Source of the DNA: Pachysolen tannophilus NRRL Y-2460
Taxonomy: Eukaryota
Assembly (NCBI GenBank): GCA_001661245.1
Contig: KV454016.1
Location: 928,268 to 992,267 of the forward strand
Length of the DNA: 64,000 nucleotides
Direction: 5' to 3'
Of the stretch, positions 41,498 to 53,069 are shown one piece after another. Each line of letters opens with the position of its first letter. Position 1 is the stretch's first letter. The position numbers and the translations under genes are program-made. The notes under the pieces are model-generated. The model was not told where the DNA came from. It did not search any database and worked only from the letters and a program-made list of their open reading frames with translations.

Positions 41498-42059
41498 AAG
41501 AAATCTAAATTCTAACAATTTATCTATATTTTGAAGTCTACTTCGTTGATATAGAACGCTTGTCAATAATCAATAATCACTTCACCACGTAATACGAGTT
41601 TCAACTAAAAAAATTCAACTATTTAAGAAAAGAGACATCTGTTTTCGGCTACGAAAGCAGATGTTCGAATACATGTACTTATACCTATATACTCTCATCT
41701 AAATAAACTATAAATTAAATTTTTGATACTAATTGTAAATTTGAAGCTGAAGGCTACAAGTCTTGTGTTGAATTTCAATTCAATCTACAGTAATGTTATG
41801 AACATCACTTGGAAGCTATGACTCTTGGTAAAAATCCTTAATGCCTCGATATGCTTCTGAATTCAAAAATAATAAGATTCCAAACTTCTATAATCATTAA
41901 TAATACATGTTTGTAATCAACTCTAGATAGCAATGCTGTAATGCCCAAAAATAATACAAGAGAATAAAAGATGAACAAAAAAAAAAAAAAAAACAGAAAA
42001 ATAAAACACAACATGACAAAAGACAAATAGTTAGCAGCCTAAAATTAAAATTAACATCT

Positions 42060-44495
42060 CTAAACAAATCTACTTTTTTGGGACAACGGAGCAACAAGAT
42101 CTGTAGCCCTCTTGAGCATATTTTCAATTCTACCTTTCAAAACACCAGAACCACATTCTACAGTCAAATTAAAAATATCAACTTTTGCCTCATGTTTACC
42201 AATCTTTATAGTAGCAATATTCTGATTTTCACCATCATCTTCGTTATCGAACAAGCTCAAAGAATCACCGAATTGGGCACGTAATAATATTTTTATTCTT
42301 TTGATTCTTGTCTGTATTGAGGAATCTGCTAAAGATAATGGAAAGTCAAGCACTTGTAATAACTGACTGTCCTCCACTTCTTTTTTCACTATTCCATTTG
42401 TGGCAGTTTCTTCATCTTTAATTTTTGGTTCATCCTCAGACTCAGACTCCGCTTTCACATGGTTTTCTGTGTGGTCCAGTTTGTTATCATGTTCGTGTGC
42501 GTGATGACCACTACATTGTTTTGAAGATATTTTCACAGAAGCAGGTGAAGAATCAACACTTAATAAAATTGCAATAACCGAATCGGCAATTGTATCATTA
42601 ACCATACTACTCGTCCATTGTACTGTACATAAGTCAGTCTCTAGAGTAATGTTTATACAGTTCATGACTTCAATAGTAAATTCTTCTGGTTCGTCAATCT
42701 TAATATCGATAAAACCAAACATTTGGCTTAAATGCCAAAAAATCAAGTCTCTACCAGCGCAACATCTAATAGTCTGTCTTTCTTTAACAATACAGGTACT
42801 TAACCCTGAATATTCTCTCAAGTCTTCAATTTTTAATAAATTTAAATCAAAATTTTTCTGAACCAAGACACCCGAGATCAATTGCTTTTCCTTAATAGGA
42901 TCAATACTTTCCACTATTTGTCCCATTGCTTTTGCAATTTTAATACCTTTGAAAGAAAGTTTTAAATCATCACAGTTTCTTGGGTTATAAACTTTGACTT
43001 CGTTTTCCGTATTTTTTAATTTTTGATACTTTGATAGTAATGCCGATTTCAAACGACCCATTGGATTTGATTCACCATGAACCAATATAATTGATTTAGG
43101 GTTTACCAATTCGATAAATTTAGAATTTTGTTCATAGTCAACGTGAGCAGCAAAGGAAATTTCAGTAATACCCAGTCTTCTAGGTATCATTATATCTGGA
43201 TTATTGAATGACGGTATTTGGGCAGGCTCCATTAACAATTGTTTTGCCATTGTACCTTCAATAGAGTAACCAGTTAAAATCACAGCATTTCTTTCATCAG
43301 GGGCCCATCTTTCTAGCAATTCTCTTGAAACACCATTTTGTAACATACCAGGAGCTGCTAACACAATGCATGGATTTAAATCGTCAAATTTATCTAAATT
43401 TCTTATACTTTTAATATATTTAAATTGGAAAGGATTTGAATTTGAATCTCTAAATTTTTTTCTAATACTTTCATTCATCATATTTATATAAGTTTGATAA
43501 ACCGCCATACATTTTCTTGCTAAAGAAGATGCGTAATATATATTAATGTCCTCAAGATCTTCATTATTTTTCCAATACTCATCCAATATCAATAATAATT
43601 CTTGTGCTCTACCTAATGCAAATACTGGTAATAAGCATCTACCTCCTCTTAATAAAGTTGAATGTATTAAATTTGTAAATTTTGTTTCTTTTTCAATTCT
43701 ATTTTCATGAGTTGCAGTACCAAAAGTAGATTCAGTGATTAATATATCTGGTCTTGTTAATGGAACTTCAGCTATATTTAAATGTCTATCTTCTTCACGT
43801 GAATAATCTCCAGTGAATAATACTTTAATTCCACCAATTTCAATGAAAAACATTGCAGCACCCAATACATGACCTGCGTGATAAGCTGTGAATCTTATAC
43901 CATCAATTTCTACTGTAGAATGATAATCAATAGTTTCAATTTTATCAAATGATGCAGCCAAATCATCATCTGTATATAATGTCCCAGAATTCACAGTTCC
44001 GCTACTGTCATCACCAATCATAGTAACTCTAACAAAATCGTTTAATAACCATCTATAGATGGCTTTTGTAGGGTGAGTCATAAACACTCTTCCTTTGAAA
44101 TTTGTATGTTGCATAACAAACGGCAACGAAGCAGCATGATCCAAATGGAAATGACTAATCAAAAGTATATCCACTGTTGACAAATCAAATTCATCATAAA
44201 AAGGTAATGAAGATAATCCAGAATATCCTGGATGAACACCTGCATCCAACATAACCGTTTTCCCCTTGAATTGGATTATATGACAAGACCTCCCAACTTC
44301 ATTCCCTCCACCCAAACAAAAGAATCGAAACTGCTCTGTTTCACCAGACTGCTTTCAGGCAAAAAAAAAAAAAACACATAGTTCAATATTCAAGTTAGTA
44401 AATTCAATTCAATAAAAATAAATATATATATTTATATGAAAACCTCTTTTTAATTAAATACATACAGTACCATTGTCTGTTTTCTTACTTGACAT
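42060..44495 (-). CDS. YSH1: CPSF73 endoribonuclease Ysh1 (about 772 aa); exons 44495-44466 and 44348-42060
   Basis: [31 protein letters not shown]. Intron 44465-44349 GTATGT...TACTAAC...(AAG)CAG, phase 0. Confidence 0.95.
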
Positions 44496-44799
44496 GATTC
44501 GTAAAATATCAAACCTAACAGCAAGCAACAATCCACACAATCCACTTCTCTTCTAGATTAAGATATATAATTAAATATATTTCAATTTTATCAATATAAT
44601 TTTGACTGTTATTTGGTTTTTTTGAAGGTTTTTTTATTTATTTTTTTTATTTTTTTTTTTTGCTATATAATAATTATGAAAAATTACGACCAACAAATTT
44701 TTATCAAAAGTTGTTAATAAATAAATTGAAATTGGTTTTAATCAAATAATCATTGCATCGGGATAATCGAGGAGATTATATTGATAGAGATAATAGGAG

Positions 44800-45179
44800 A
44801 TGACGGAGAAGTCAGTTTACGAGCCGTTTAGTTTGATCAAGTTATCGTTGGATGAACAGGTGTATATTAAGTTGAGAGGTGCAAGAGAAATGGTTGGTAA
44901 ATTACTTGTAAGTATGAAATTATATTGAAATATGGAAGTTTTAAGGTTTTAATTGAATTAAGGAGTAAAGCAAAAAAATAGAAGAAGAAAAAAAAAGAGA
45001 GACTAACTTTGTTATTATAGGGTTATGATTCACATTGCAATATGGTATTGAGTGATGCTACAGAGACAATTTTTGTTGTAGATGAAGAAAATTCAGAGCC
45101 AAAGACAATAACTAAAAAATCAGAGACAATATTTATTAGAGGAGATTCTGTTATTCTTGTTAGTAATGCTCAGGATTAG
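44800..45179 (+). CDS. LSM3: Lsm3 (88 aa); exons 44800-44907 and 45021-45179; absent from ORF track
   Basis: MTEKSVYEPFSLIKLSLDEQVYIKLRGAREMVGKLL | GYDSHCNMVLSDATETI...IFIRGDSVILVS (Sm1/Sm2 motifs). Intron GTAAGT...GACTAAC...TAG. Confidence 0.95.
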
Positions 45180-45369
45180 GATTAAAATCAGTTTCATTAG
45201 CTTGTACGATTAGAAAGAAATATTTGAAGTTTAAAGTTTTTCATTATGACTGACACCAGGTCAGTCAGTTAGTTAGTTAGGTTCTCTTATGTTGAGACAT
45301 AAATATATATGTATTATCAAATTGGCAAAGGAAAAGAAAAAAAAAATAAATAAAAACTTTAAAAGAACT

Positions 45370-45792
45370 TCAAACAAGTTTGAAAAACTCTGGTTTTTGC
45401 TCTGTGTAATATTCTAATGTAGGATACAACTCTTTTGTTAATGGTCCATCTAGTAAAGCTGTACGAACATAATACAGATCCGATGCAAATGAAGTAGTTA
45501 TTGCATAGATTGTACTTCCACAAGTGGAACAGAAAAATCTATCCTTTGGATTTCCACTTTCTGTATCATAAGATCTAAATTTCTTTAAAGAATTATCACC
45601 TTCAATCAATTTGAAGTTATTCTGATTCCAAACAGACATATAATGGCCAACGGAACTGGAAGCCTTACGACAATGCTTACAATAACATATCAAAGACACT
45701 GAAGGTGGACCTGCCACTTCAAATTTAATTGCTTCACATAAACAAGAACCTCTTCTGGTAATTGACGAGTCCTGCGAATTTGTAATACTCAT
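45370..45792 (-). CDS. GFA / CENP-V family zinc protein (140 aa)
   Basis: GSCLCEAIKF...CYCKHCRK...RFFCSTCGS cysteine pattern. Confidence 0.9.
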   Translation of the reverse strand: MSITNSQDSSITRRGSCLCEAIKFEVAGPPSVSLICYCKHCRKASSSVGHYMSVWNQNNFKLIEGDNSLKKFRSYDTESGNPKDRFFCSTCGSTIYAITTSFASDLYYVRTALLDGPLTKELYPTLEYYTEQKPEFFKLV

Positions 45793-45796
45793 TTCA

Positions 45797-45896
45797 CTTT
45801 GAATAATTCAAGTATTAATGTTAGTTTAAAAGGCTGCACACATTTTTTGAAAATTTTTATTCTGTTTTTCCTGCAGAAATACATACAAAAACTTAC
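45797..45896 (-). other. Probable 5'-UTR intron of the GFA gene
   Basis: Donors GTAAGT (45896) and GTATGT (45886), branch AACTAAC (45826-45820), and acceptor AAG ending 4 nt before the ATG. Confidence 0.55.
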
Positions 45897-46141
45897 AACA
45901 AAAATAAATAAATATAATAAATAAAAAATTGAATTGAATTAAATAAAACAATTATTATGAAATTAGTAGGATATAGATAATAACTTTTTGTTTTAAAAAC
46001 GTTTTTTTATTTTTAATTTTTTTTTTTTTTCTCTAAAATAAAAAGGAAATGGAATTAAAATGGAGTTAAAATTAAATTAAAATTGACTGCTTTTTTTTTT
46101 TTTATTTTTTTTTATTTCTTTTTGTGTGTGTCTGTTTCGAA

Positions 46142-49100
46142 TTAAATTGAATTCCGCCTTTGATTGATTCTCTTATGACGTTCTTTATGTTTTTTATTAG
46201 CACCTTTAACCTCAGGCATGGTACCATTGTCTTCAAACTCTTTGAAAATGGAGTTACCAAAACTGGCTCCAACACGATAAATCTCTTCAAATTTACCAAA
46301 ATCCAATGTAGCATAGTTTTCAATAGGTGGTCTCAAATATATAACTCCTCTAGTTCTCTTGGCCTTTTCCAATGCATTAACAGATGATACATATGCTAAT
46401 CTCATTTGAATTTCAGCCATACTAGGAACATTAGCATGATTAGAAAATGGATTCCATCTATTAAATAAAACCCAAGCACCACTTAAAGAATCTCCATATG
46501 TCATTGGTGATCTATCATCAACAGATCCAACATCAACAGCAAAAATAATACTGGCCCCACGATTCTTCATCTCTTCAACAGGTAAATTATCTATATACCC
46601 ACCATCTAAAAGCATAGAACCATTGTCAGTTAACGGTGGAAGAATACCTGCTAACGTCATTGAAGCACGAACATATCTCCATGCATAACCAGAAGAATGT
46701 ATTTCCATAACAGAGTTGGTTATATTCGTTGAATTTGCATAAAATTTAAGCCAGAAATCTTCAATTCTTGAATCTCCAAATGCTTTCCATATACCTCTAT
46801 TAAATTCATGACCAGTAACATATGAAGTTACCGGATAAGTTAAATCTGATAACAGTCTCCAAACTGAAGAAACTCTTCCAGCAAATCTTTTGGTCCTACC
46901 ATAAATTGGTAACAAGTCATAATCTTTAGCATACAATCCACCAACAAAGGAACCCATGGATGTTCCACCTATCATGTCCACAGGAATACCATGATCTTCC
47001 AACGCTTTTATGATACCAATATGGCTTAATCCACGTGAACCTCCTCCACCCAATACCAACCCAACTGCATTACCAGATAATATTCTAGCTAACCTCAAGA
47101 AATCAGATTTATGGCTTTGAATAGGTTGATAATATTTTTGTTGAGAATACAAGTGTTGGAAATCTGGTAAAATCTTCAACAAATCATCCTTGATAATATT
47201 CCCAACCCTCGATTTAATATTAGCAATTTTGGTTTGAGAGGATTGTATCATTTTGCTGGATCTTAAGGTTAACGGTAATACATTGTTAGATTCAGCTGCA
47301 ACTTTGCTGATAATATTTTTCCTAACATCCATTTGAACATGATGATGGGAATGAACCCAGATTCTGCTTTTCAACCATTTATTTGTTGAGCCAGGTTCTA
47401 CATATCTGGTAGGATGCAACAATATTAACTCAGTTCTAGCAGTTGTTCTCATTTTAACTAATAATCTCTCATAATCACCAATATCTGGGCTTAAAGTAGC
47501 ATCTGCAACTAATAAAATACAGTCACCTTGTGAAATAGCAGTATGAGTCCATGTTGAACTAACAGGGGTATCAGTGACATAAACCACAGTTTGATACTTT
47601 TCTTCTAACTCAGCAAAAAACCCAGATTGCTTCAACTTTGCCATTTTATCGAAAGCATGCTTACCCAAATGATTTAACGTGGAAGCTTGATTCAAAGATA
47701 TAACAGACCTACCACATGCTTTAAATGCTAGAACTAGTTTTGAAGCGAACTCGGCAACAGGCACACCATGTGTCACAGGTAATATGGTGATAGTCCTATA
47801 ATCTGTTGAACCCTTATAATTACCAGAATTATAAGTTGATGGTAAAGCAGAAATCGTCGGATTTTTATAACTCGAATTATTTGAATCACTGGATTCATTA
47901 ATTTGTTGCATTCTTTCAGCAACAATCCTTGAAACTTTAATCATAATCGATGGTTTGCTCATTGCTAAAATCTCAAACAAAGTTCTTGGAATTCTTGCAG
48001 TTTCCGAATCTCTAACGGCAACCATTGTTGAAGGTCTTAAAGAAGCAGTCAAGACCTCAACTTCCCCTAAAGATTCACCTTGGCCATTTTCTGAAAGCAC
48101 AGTAATACAATTCTCTTTCTCTTCAGAAAGAGATGAAGAACTTTGTCTCCTATCATTTGAATTGTTAATATCGTCTCCACTATCAGGACTTGATTCTAGA
48201 AGCGATCTAAATCTTCCATTCAATACAATATAAATGCCATTAGCAGGATCTCCTTGTTTATATAAGATATCACCAGCCTGTGATTGTACCCATTCTAGAG
48301 CAAAATCTATTAATAAAATTTCCTTATCTAACAATGGTAAAATATTTCTGGCAACTAAAAGTTGAACAACATAGTATTTGTCCATGAAGTTATCTAAAAC
48401 TTCTTTTGGTATAAAACCAACATAGCTATTTGTATGTGCTTTAACCGTAACAAAAGATCTATAGCCCACAACTGAACCCAAATAACCTGCAACTCCTCCA
48501 GGCTTAATCGTATATAGTTGTTTTTTAACAATCTTCCCGTTGCTAATCTGAGATTTATGAGTTACATCTAATAAGCCATCAACAACATAGTATAATCCAG
48601 AAGTACGTTGATTTTCCTCAATAATAGTTGTATCTTTTTTAATGAACATGATCTGTAACTTATTTGCAAGCTCTTTGACCAAATTCTCAAAATCCAAAGG
48701 TTTTGCCTTTAGAGATGACTTATTTGTTGTAGACAGCATATCATCTTCGGATGTTGTTAAGTTAGTACCTGCTGTATTTCTGAGTGCAGCATTAAAACTA
48801 GAATGTAATTTTGGATTAGAATTCAATGAAAGAGATCTTCTCTTGTAATATAAATTATTTAGATTTGTATAACTAGTATTGTTGATTTCACCCAAAAATG
48901 GGCTACTAATTTCACTAAAACTTGTAGATGCTCTTGAGGAAAAAGAAGAAGTCGATTCTCTACTGATACCTAAAATTTTGAAAATACTTTCAATTAATGC
49001 GATTCTTAAAGAACCGTCTTCTGTTTCTTCATCTGCAGAAAAAGTTCTATTTGCAACTTCATTATGAGCTGTATCAACATTATTAACAGACTGGTAAGAA

Positions 49101-50806
49101 ATTTCCTTTCTGGATAAGGGTACATTTGATAATAAATCACCTGGATTTGAGCTATTTCTTGATTCTAAAACGACATGCCTTGAAAGGCCCTTTTTGGAAT
49201 TAGCTAAATTATTTGATCTGTTAAATTTTTTCCTAGAAAGTGTTTTAGCGGGAAATGAAATAATTTCATCACTGCTATCGTCGCTATCTAGTGATGTAGT
49301 GTTTGTCTTTGATATTGTTCTAAAACTTTGTTCACTGCTTCTATTAAGTGAATTATTTCTGCTAGAATTGACTGATTTTAGGCCTCTTCCAACTCTACCA
49401 TTTTCTTGATGATTTAAAGAAGCAGAGGTAGTAGGTGTCAGAACCGATAAAGACGAAATATTATTTTGGGCCATATATTCATTTACTCTTTGAATGACAC
49501 CATCATGTAAATAAGAAGGTAATTCATATCGAGCTTGATTATTTAAATTAATTTCTGTTTGAAAGATTTCCTTTGTCAAGCCAAGATAATTATTTGCTGT
49601 TTGAAAAGTGACTCTATATAATCTTGTTAGAATCATTTGTACTATATGAGATGCTGATCTTGGATATTTTTCTACTAATCTTCTAAAAGCTTCAGCTGGT
49701 ATTATAGCTATAGTTGAATCTGATTTCGCTCGGGCCACCAATTGTGGAGGTAAAACAGGAGTTGAAATTTTTTCCTGTTCATTTTGATCAGTTAAATTTT
49801 CTTGTTTCCTTTCTGCTTGGTTATCATCATCGGTAGAAGTTGAAGTAAAAGGTGGTGTTCGATCATCCAATTTAAAATTATTTAAAGATGAATGAGAAGA
49901 ATGTCCTTGATAATTGGGCAAAGTAACATCTGGTGGAATTAATTGATCTTTTGAATTTTCAAATAATTTTTTTGGAGAAAGTTCTTGTGTAGATTGTTTT
50001 TCATTAATTGGTTCACCATTATCTCCTAAAAATAATTTTAATAAACTAACCATTGAAGATAAAGTATTACCACTTTTAATAACCGTTAATAATTGATATT
50101 TTGCACCATCCAAATAAAAATTTTCAGAATCTAATAATTGACTATTATCGAAATCATCATCATCAGGTTTATCATCTGAACCAATTACTTTGGAATAAAC
50201 AGGTACATTTCCTTCAACTACTATTGAAAAACCTTTGCTATCATCCAAGGAAAATAACTCACCTGCTTCCAATTTTTGAGTACTCATATTTTTAGTTAAT
50301 TCATGAAATACATTTTTTTCAAGGTAACCAAATATTTTAATAGCTGATAAAAATTCATCCAAAAAATTTGGGAATCTTGAACTCTTATTCCCCAGATCTC
50401 TTGATTCCAAAAATACATCCAACTTCGGCGCTTGTCTTTGAGGTTCCAGAGGCAACCTCGAATAAACAGTCAAATACCTATACCGTACAAAGGTAAACAC
50501 AATACCAGCTATTACCATCATTATTATTAACAACGATTGAAACGACAACGTAATTTGAAAATTCAATTTTAAAATAGATATCAAAAAATTCGGAATAAAA
50601 GTGAGTACTTTACCAACAACCTTGAAAAACAACCAAGTCGTAAACCAAACTATAGTCGATATTATAGAAGATTCCCTTGTTGGTCTTTCTTCCAATATAG
50701 TCGATATAACCGTTACTATAACACCACTACTACTAGAACCATCTGATAATATACAACCGCCATCACCAACAGCGGTCACCAGCACATCAGCGCTTGACAT
50801 ATCCAT
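46142..50806 (-). CDS. NTE1: Neuropathy-target-esterase-like lysophospholipase Nte1
   Basis: N-terminal TM (VRYRYLTVYSRLP), cNMP-binding repeats, patatin GGGGSRG, GTSMG and DGG. First ATG at 50806. Confidence 0.97.
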   Translation of the reverse strand: MDMSSADVLVTAVGDGGCILSDGSSSSGVIVTVISTILEERPTRESSIISTIVWFTTWLFFKVVGKVLTFIPNFLISILKLNFQITLSFQSLLIIMMVIAGIVFTFVRYRYLTVYSRLPLEPQRQAPKLDVFLESRDLGNKSSRFPNFLDEFLSAIKIFGYLEKNVFHELTKNMSTQKLEAGELFSLDDSKGFSIVVEGNVPVYSKVIGSDDKPDDDDFDNSQLLDSENFYLDGAKYQLLTVIKSGNTLSSMVSLLKLFLGDNGEPINEKQSTQELSPKKLFENSKDQLIPPDVTLPNYQGHSSHSSLNNFKLDDRTPPFTSTSTDDDNQAERKQENLTDQNEQEKISTPVLPPQLVARAKSDSTIAIIPAEAFRRLVEKYPRSASHIVQMILTRLYRVTFQTANNYLGLTKEIFQTEINLNNQARYELPSYLHDGVIQRVNEYMAQNNISSLSVLTPTTSASLNHQENGRVGRGLKSVNSSRNNSLNRSSEQSFRTISKTNTTSLDSDDSSDEIISFPAKTLSRKKFNRSNNLANSKKGLSRHVVLESRNSSNPGDLLSNVPLSRKEISYQSVNNVDTAHNEVANRTFSADEETEDGSLRIALIESIFKILGISRESTSSFSSRASTSFSEISSPFLGEINNTSYTNLNNLYYKRRSLSLNSNPKLHSSFNAALRNTAGTNLTTSEDDMLSTTNKSSLKAKPLDFENLVKELANKLQIMFIKKDTTIIEENQRTSGLYYVVDGLLDVTHKSQISNGKIVKKQLYTIKPGGVAGYLGSVVGYRSFVTVKAHTNSYVGFIPKEVLDNFMDKYYVVQLLVARNILPLLDKEILLIDFALEWVQSQAGDILYKQGDPANGIYIVLNGRFRSLLESSPDSGDDINNSNDRRQSSSSLSEEKENCITVLSENGQGESLGEVEVLTASLRPSTMVAVRDSETARIPRTLFEILAMSKPSIMIKVSRIVAERMQQINESSDSNNSSYKNPTISALPSTYNSGNYKGSTDYRTITILPVTHGVPVAEFASKLVLAFKACGRSVISLNQASTLNHLGKHAFDKMAKLKQSGFFAELEEKYQTVVYVTDTPVSSTWTHTAISQGDCILLVADATLSPDIGDYERLLVKMRTTARTELILLHPTRYVEPGSTNKWLKSRIWVHSHHHVQMDVRKNIISKVAAESNNVLPLTLRSSKMIQSSQTKIANIKSRVGNIIKDDLLKILPDFQHLYSQQKYYQPIQSHKSDFLRLARILSGNAVGLVLGGGGSRGLSHIGIIKALEDHGIPVDMIGGTSMGSFVGGLYAKDYDLLPIYGRTKRFAGRVSSVWRLLSDLTYPVTSYVTGHEFNRGIWKAFGDSRIEDFWLKFYANSTNITNSVMEIHSSGYAWRYVRASMTLAGILPPLTDNGSMLLDGGYIDNLPVEEMKNRGASIIFAVDVGSVDDRSPMTYGDSLSGAWVLFNRWNPFSNHANVPSMAEIQMRLAYVSSVNALEKAKRTRGVIYLRPPIENYATLDFGKFEEIYRVGASFGNSIFKEFEDNGTMPEVKGANKKHKERHKRINQRRNSI

Positions 50807-51089
50807 TGTCAAAAAAGAAGGAAAAAAAGCACCTATTACTCCTTCTCCAATTATCAGCTCTGATCAACAATTATCAATACCACTTATTAGTTTTATCAAC
50901 TTCATTTAAAATACAACAATTCAAATGTTGTAATTTCTGAAAACGTTTTGATATTTTGAAGACGACTGTTGTTTTGCGATGTGGTGAAAAATTTTTTTTT
51001 CTTTTGTAAGGGCAAAAAGATGATTATCATCTTGATATTGATGTGAAAGAAAGGTCTTAAGAAGAGAAAAGGAAGGCTTTAAAAGGAGG

Positions 51090-53069
51090 ATGATAAAGAG
51101 GGTTAGGTTTAGTGTACCCAGTTCCTTTTTGTGTTTGGAGATTAGGGGACGAGGGCGAGGGAATGTGGTTTCTACAGAGGTGCTTGAATTTTCAAGAAAT
51201 TATTCTAATTCTAGATCTGGTATTAAAGAGAATGGGTTAAAATACCGGAAGAAAGATGTTTATGGGAGGTTAAAGGCCTTGGTGAGGTCTGAATTGGATA
51301 TGAATTTGAAGGCCAAACCAAAGTTTGTTGATGGGAGAAATAAGATCAAATTGAAATATGATCCAACGTTGGATGGGAATTTTACAGATTTTGGAATTGA
51401 TAAGTTTAAAATTTTTAGTGGGTTTGAAAAAAATTTCAAGAATTTGGTGAAACCAACTCCATCTCAACGTCGTATCTTGTCTGTACTTAATTCAAAGATA
51501 TCATGTGTGAACCAGAATAAACAAGGAACAGGTAACTCTTTTGCCTTAGTGTTGTATGCTTTAAGCCTTGAAGGTTTACATGGAGAAGTATCTTCATTAA
51601 TTATAGTTCAAAATGAATTGTTAGTAAAACAGTATAAAGAAATTTTTGATAAATTCTTACAAAATTACCCAAAGGATAAAGATAATAAAGTACAATATTT
51701 ATATAGATCAGATGAAATGGTAGAATTGGAACAAGAAACTTTATTAAGCAAAATAACTCCTCATATATTGGTATCAACTCCACATAGATTATTGGATATT
51801 ATTTGTAAACATCCAGATGATCCAAATTATATCCATTTGAAAACATTGAAATTTTTAGCTTGTGATGATGCTGATACTTTACTTATAGATCATGGTAAAA
51901 AAATTAATAAAAAAAGAGCAACTGAAATCTTAATAGACTATATAAATGATTTAAGAGAAAAAGTTGTTAATAATCCACCATTGCAATACTGTTTCATGTC
52001 CTCTGTTGATATCACAGATAAAGTTATGAGATTGGTTACAGATAAAAAATGGGCAGCAGATAGACCAATCTTACCTATTGGAATACCTTCTTTAAAGTCA
52101 TATCGTTTTGAGCCAGCAAAGAGATTACCAAATTATATTTCAATAAGTCCCATACTAGTAACATCAAGTAAAAATCATCAAGAAAGGATAAAGTTTTTTG
52201 ATCTCAAGACAAGTGATTTGCTGAATAATCTTGAATCCATAAAGAAAATTAGGTCACCAGTAGGAAAAGAATTCGATGAAAATTACAAACGTTATAGAGT
52301 AAAGAATAGAGGAAAACTTCCTAAAATTTTATTGGATTCTTTACCACAATTTTTAGAGAATTCCAATTCAAAGTCAGAAAAACTGTTACTAATAGTACCT
52401 GAAAATGTTTCAAGTTTGAAAATCTCCAATTATTTGAAAGAGAAATTTGATATTTTTGCTGAACCAATTAATCAATTAGAATTTTCTAAATTATCAAACC
52501 TTTTTGTTAGCACTGATATGGAAACTCAATTTTCGCTGTTAAACCCTCAATTTGTAATTGCCACTTCACTGCAAGTAGCAGGCTTGACCCTTCCTGGATT
52601 GAAGAAAATAGTCTGTCTTGGAATTGATAGTGTGGTAGATTCAAGTTCTCTAGTTCTCTTAGGTGGTAGGTTTAGGTTGAACGAAAATGGATTGATAAAT
52701 GATGAGCACTACAATACAACTGACAAACTCAGATCTATAGAGGGAGAAGCAAATATTTCTTTACTTTATCCAAAATCTGCATTTTCCATTATTGAACGTT
52801 ATGCATTTGAAAGAATAATTTTAAAATCAGGAATTATAAAAATTCATCCACTAATGAATGAATTTGAACCTACAGATTTAAGTACCTACAAAGAGTTATT
52901 TGAAGAAGATGGTGATATTTTTGAAAAATTACAACAAAAATTTGAAGAAAATATGAAAATAGAAGAAAATAAATACGATTTATTTTCTTTTAGAAATGAA
53001 AAAGGAGGAAAGATCAAATCGCAGGGTCCTAGCAATGTTTCAGGTATTTTACCTGAAGAAAATGAATAA
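51090..53069 (+). CDS. Degenerate DEAD-box/SF2 helicase-like protein, possibly mitochondrial
   Basis: Q motif KPTPSQ, motif I GTGNS, Ib STPHRLLD, II DDAD, V/VI remnants, and an Arg-rich N-terminus. Confidence 0.7.
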   Translation: MIKRVRFSVPSSFLCLEIRGRGRGNVVSTEVLEFSRNYSNSRSGIKENGLKYRKKDVYGRLKALVRSELDMNLKAKPKFVDGRNKIKLKYDPTLDGNFTDFGIDKFKIFSGFEKNFKNLVKPTPSQRRILSVLNSKISCVNQNKQGTGNSFALVLYALSLEGLHGEVSSLIIVQNELLVKQYKEIFDKFLQNYPKDKDNKVQYLYRSDEMVELEQETLLSKITPHILVSTPHRLLDIICKHPDDPNYIHLKTLKFLACDDADTLLIDHGKKINKKRATEILIDYINDLREKVVNNPPLQYCFMSSVDITDKVMRLVTDKKWAADRPILPIGIPSLKSYRFEPAKRLPNYISISPILVTSSKNHQERIKFFDLKTSDLLNNLESIKKIRSPVGKEFDENYKRYRVKNRGKLPKILLDSLPQFLENSNSKSEKLLLIVPENVSSLKISNYLKEKFDIFAEPINQLEFSKLSNLFVSTDMETQFSLLNPQFVIATSLQVAGLTLPGLKKIVCLGIDSVVDSSSLVLLGGRFRLNENGLINDEHYNTTDKLRSIEGEANISLLYPKSAFSIIERYAFERIILKSGIIKIHPLMNEFEPTDLSTYKELFEEDGDIFEKLQQKFEENMKIEENKYDLFSFRNEKGGKIKSQGPSNVSGILPEENE

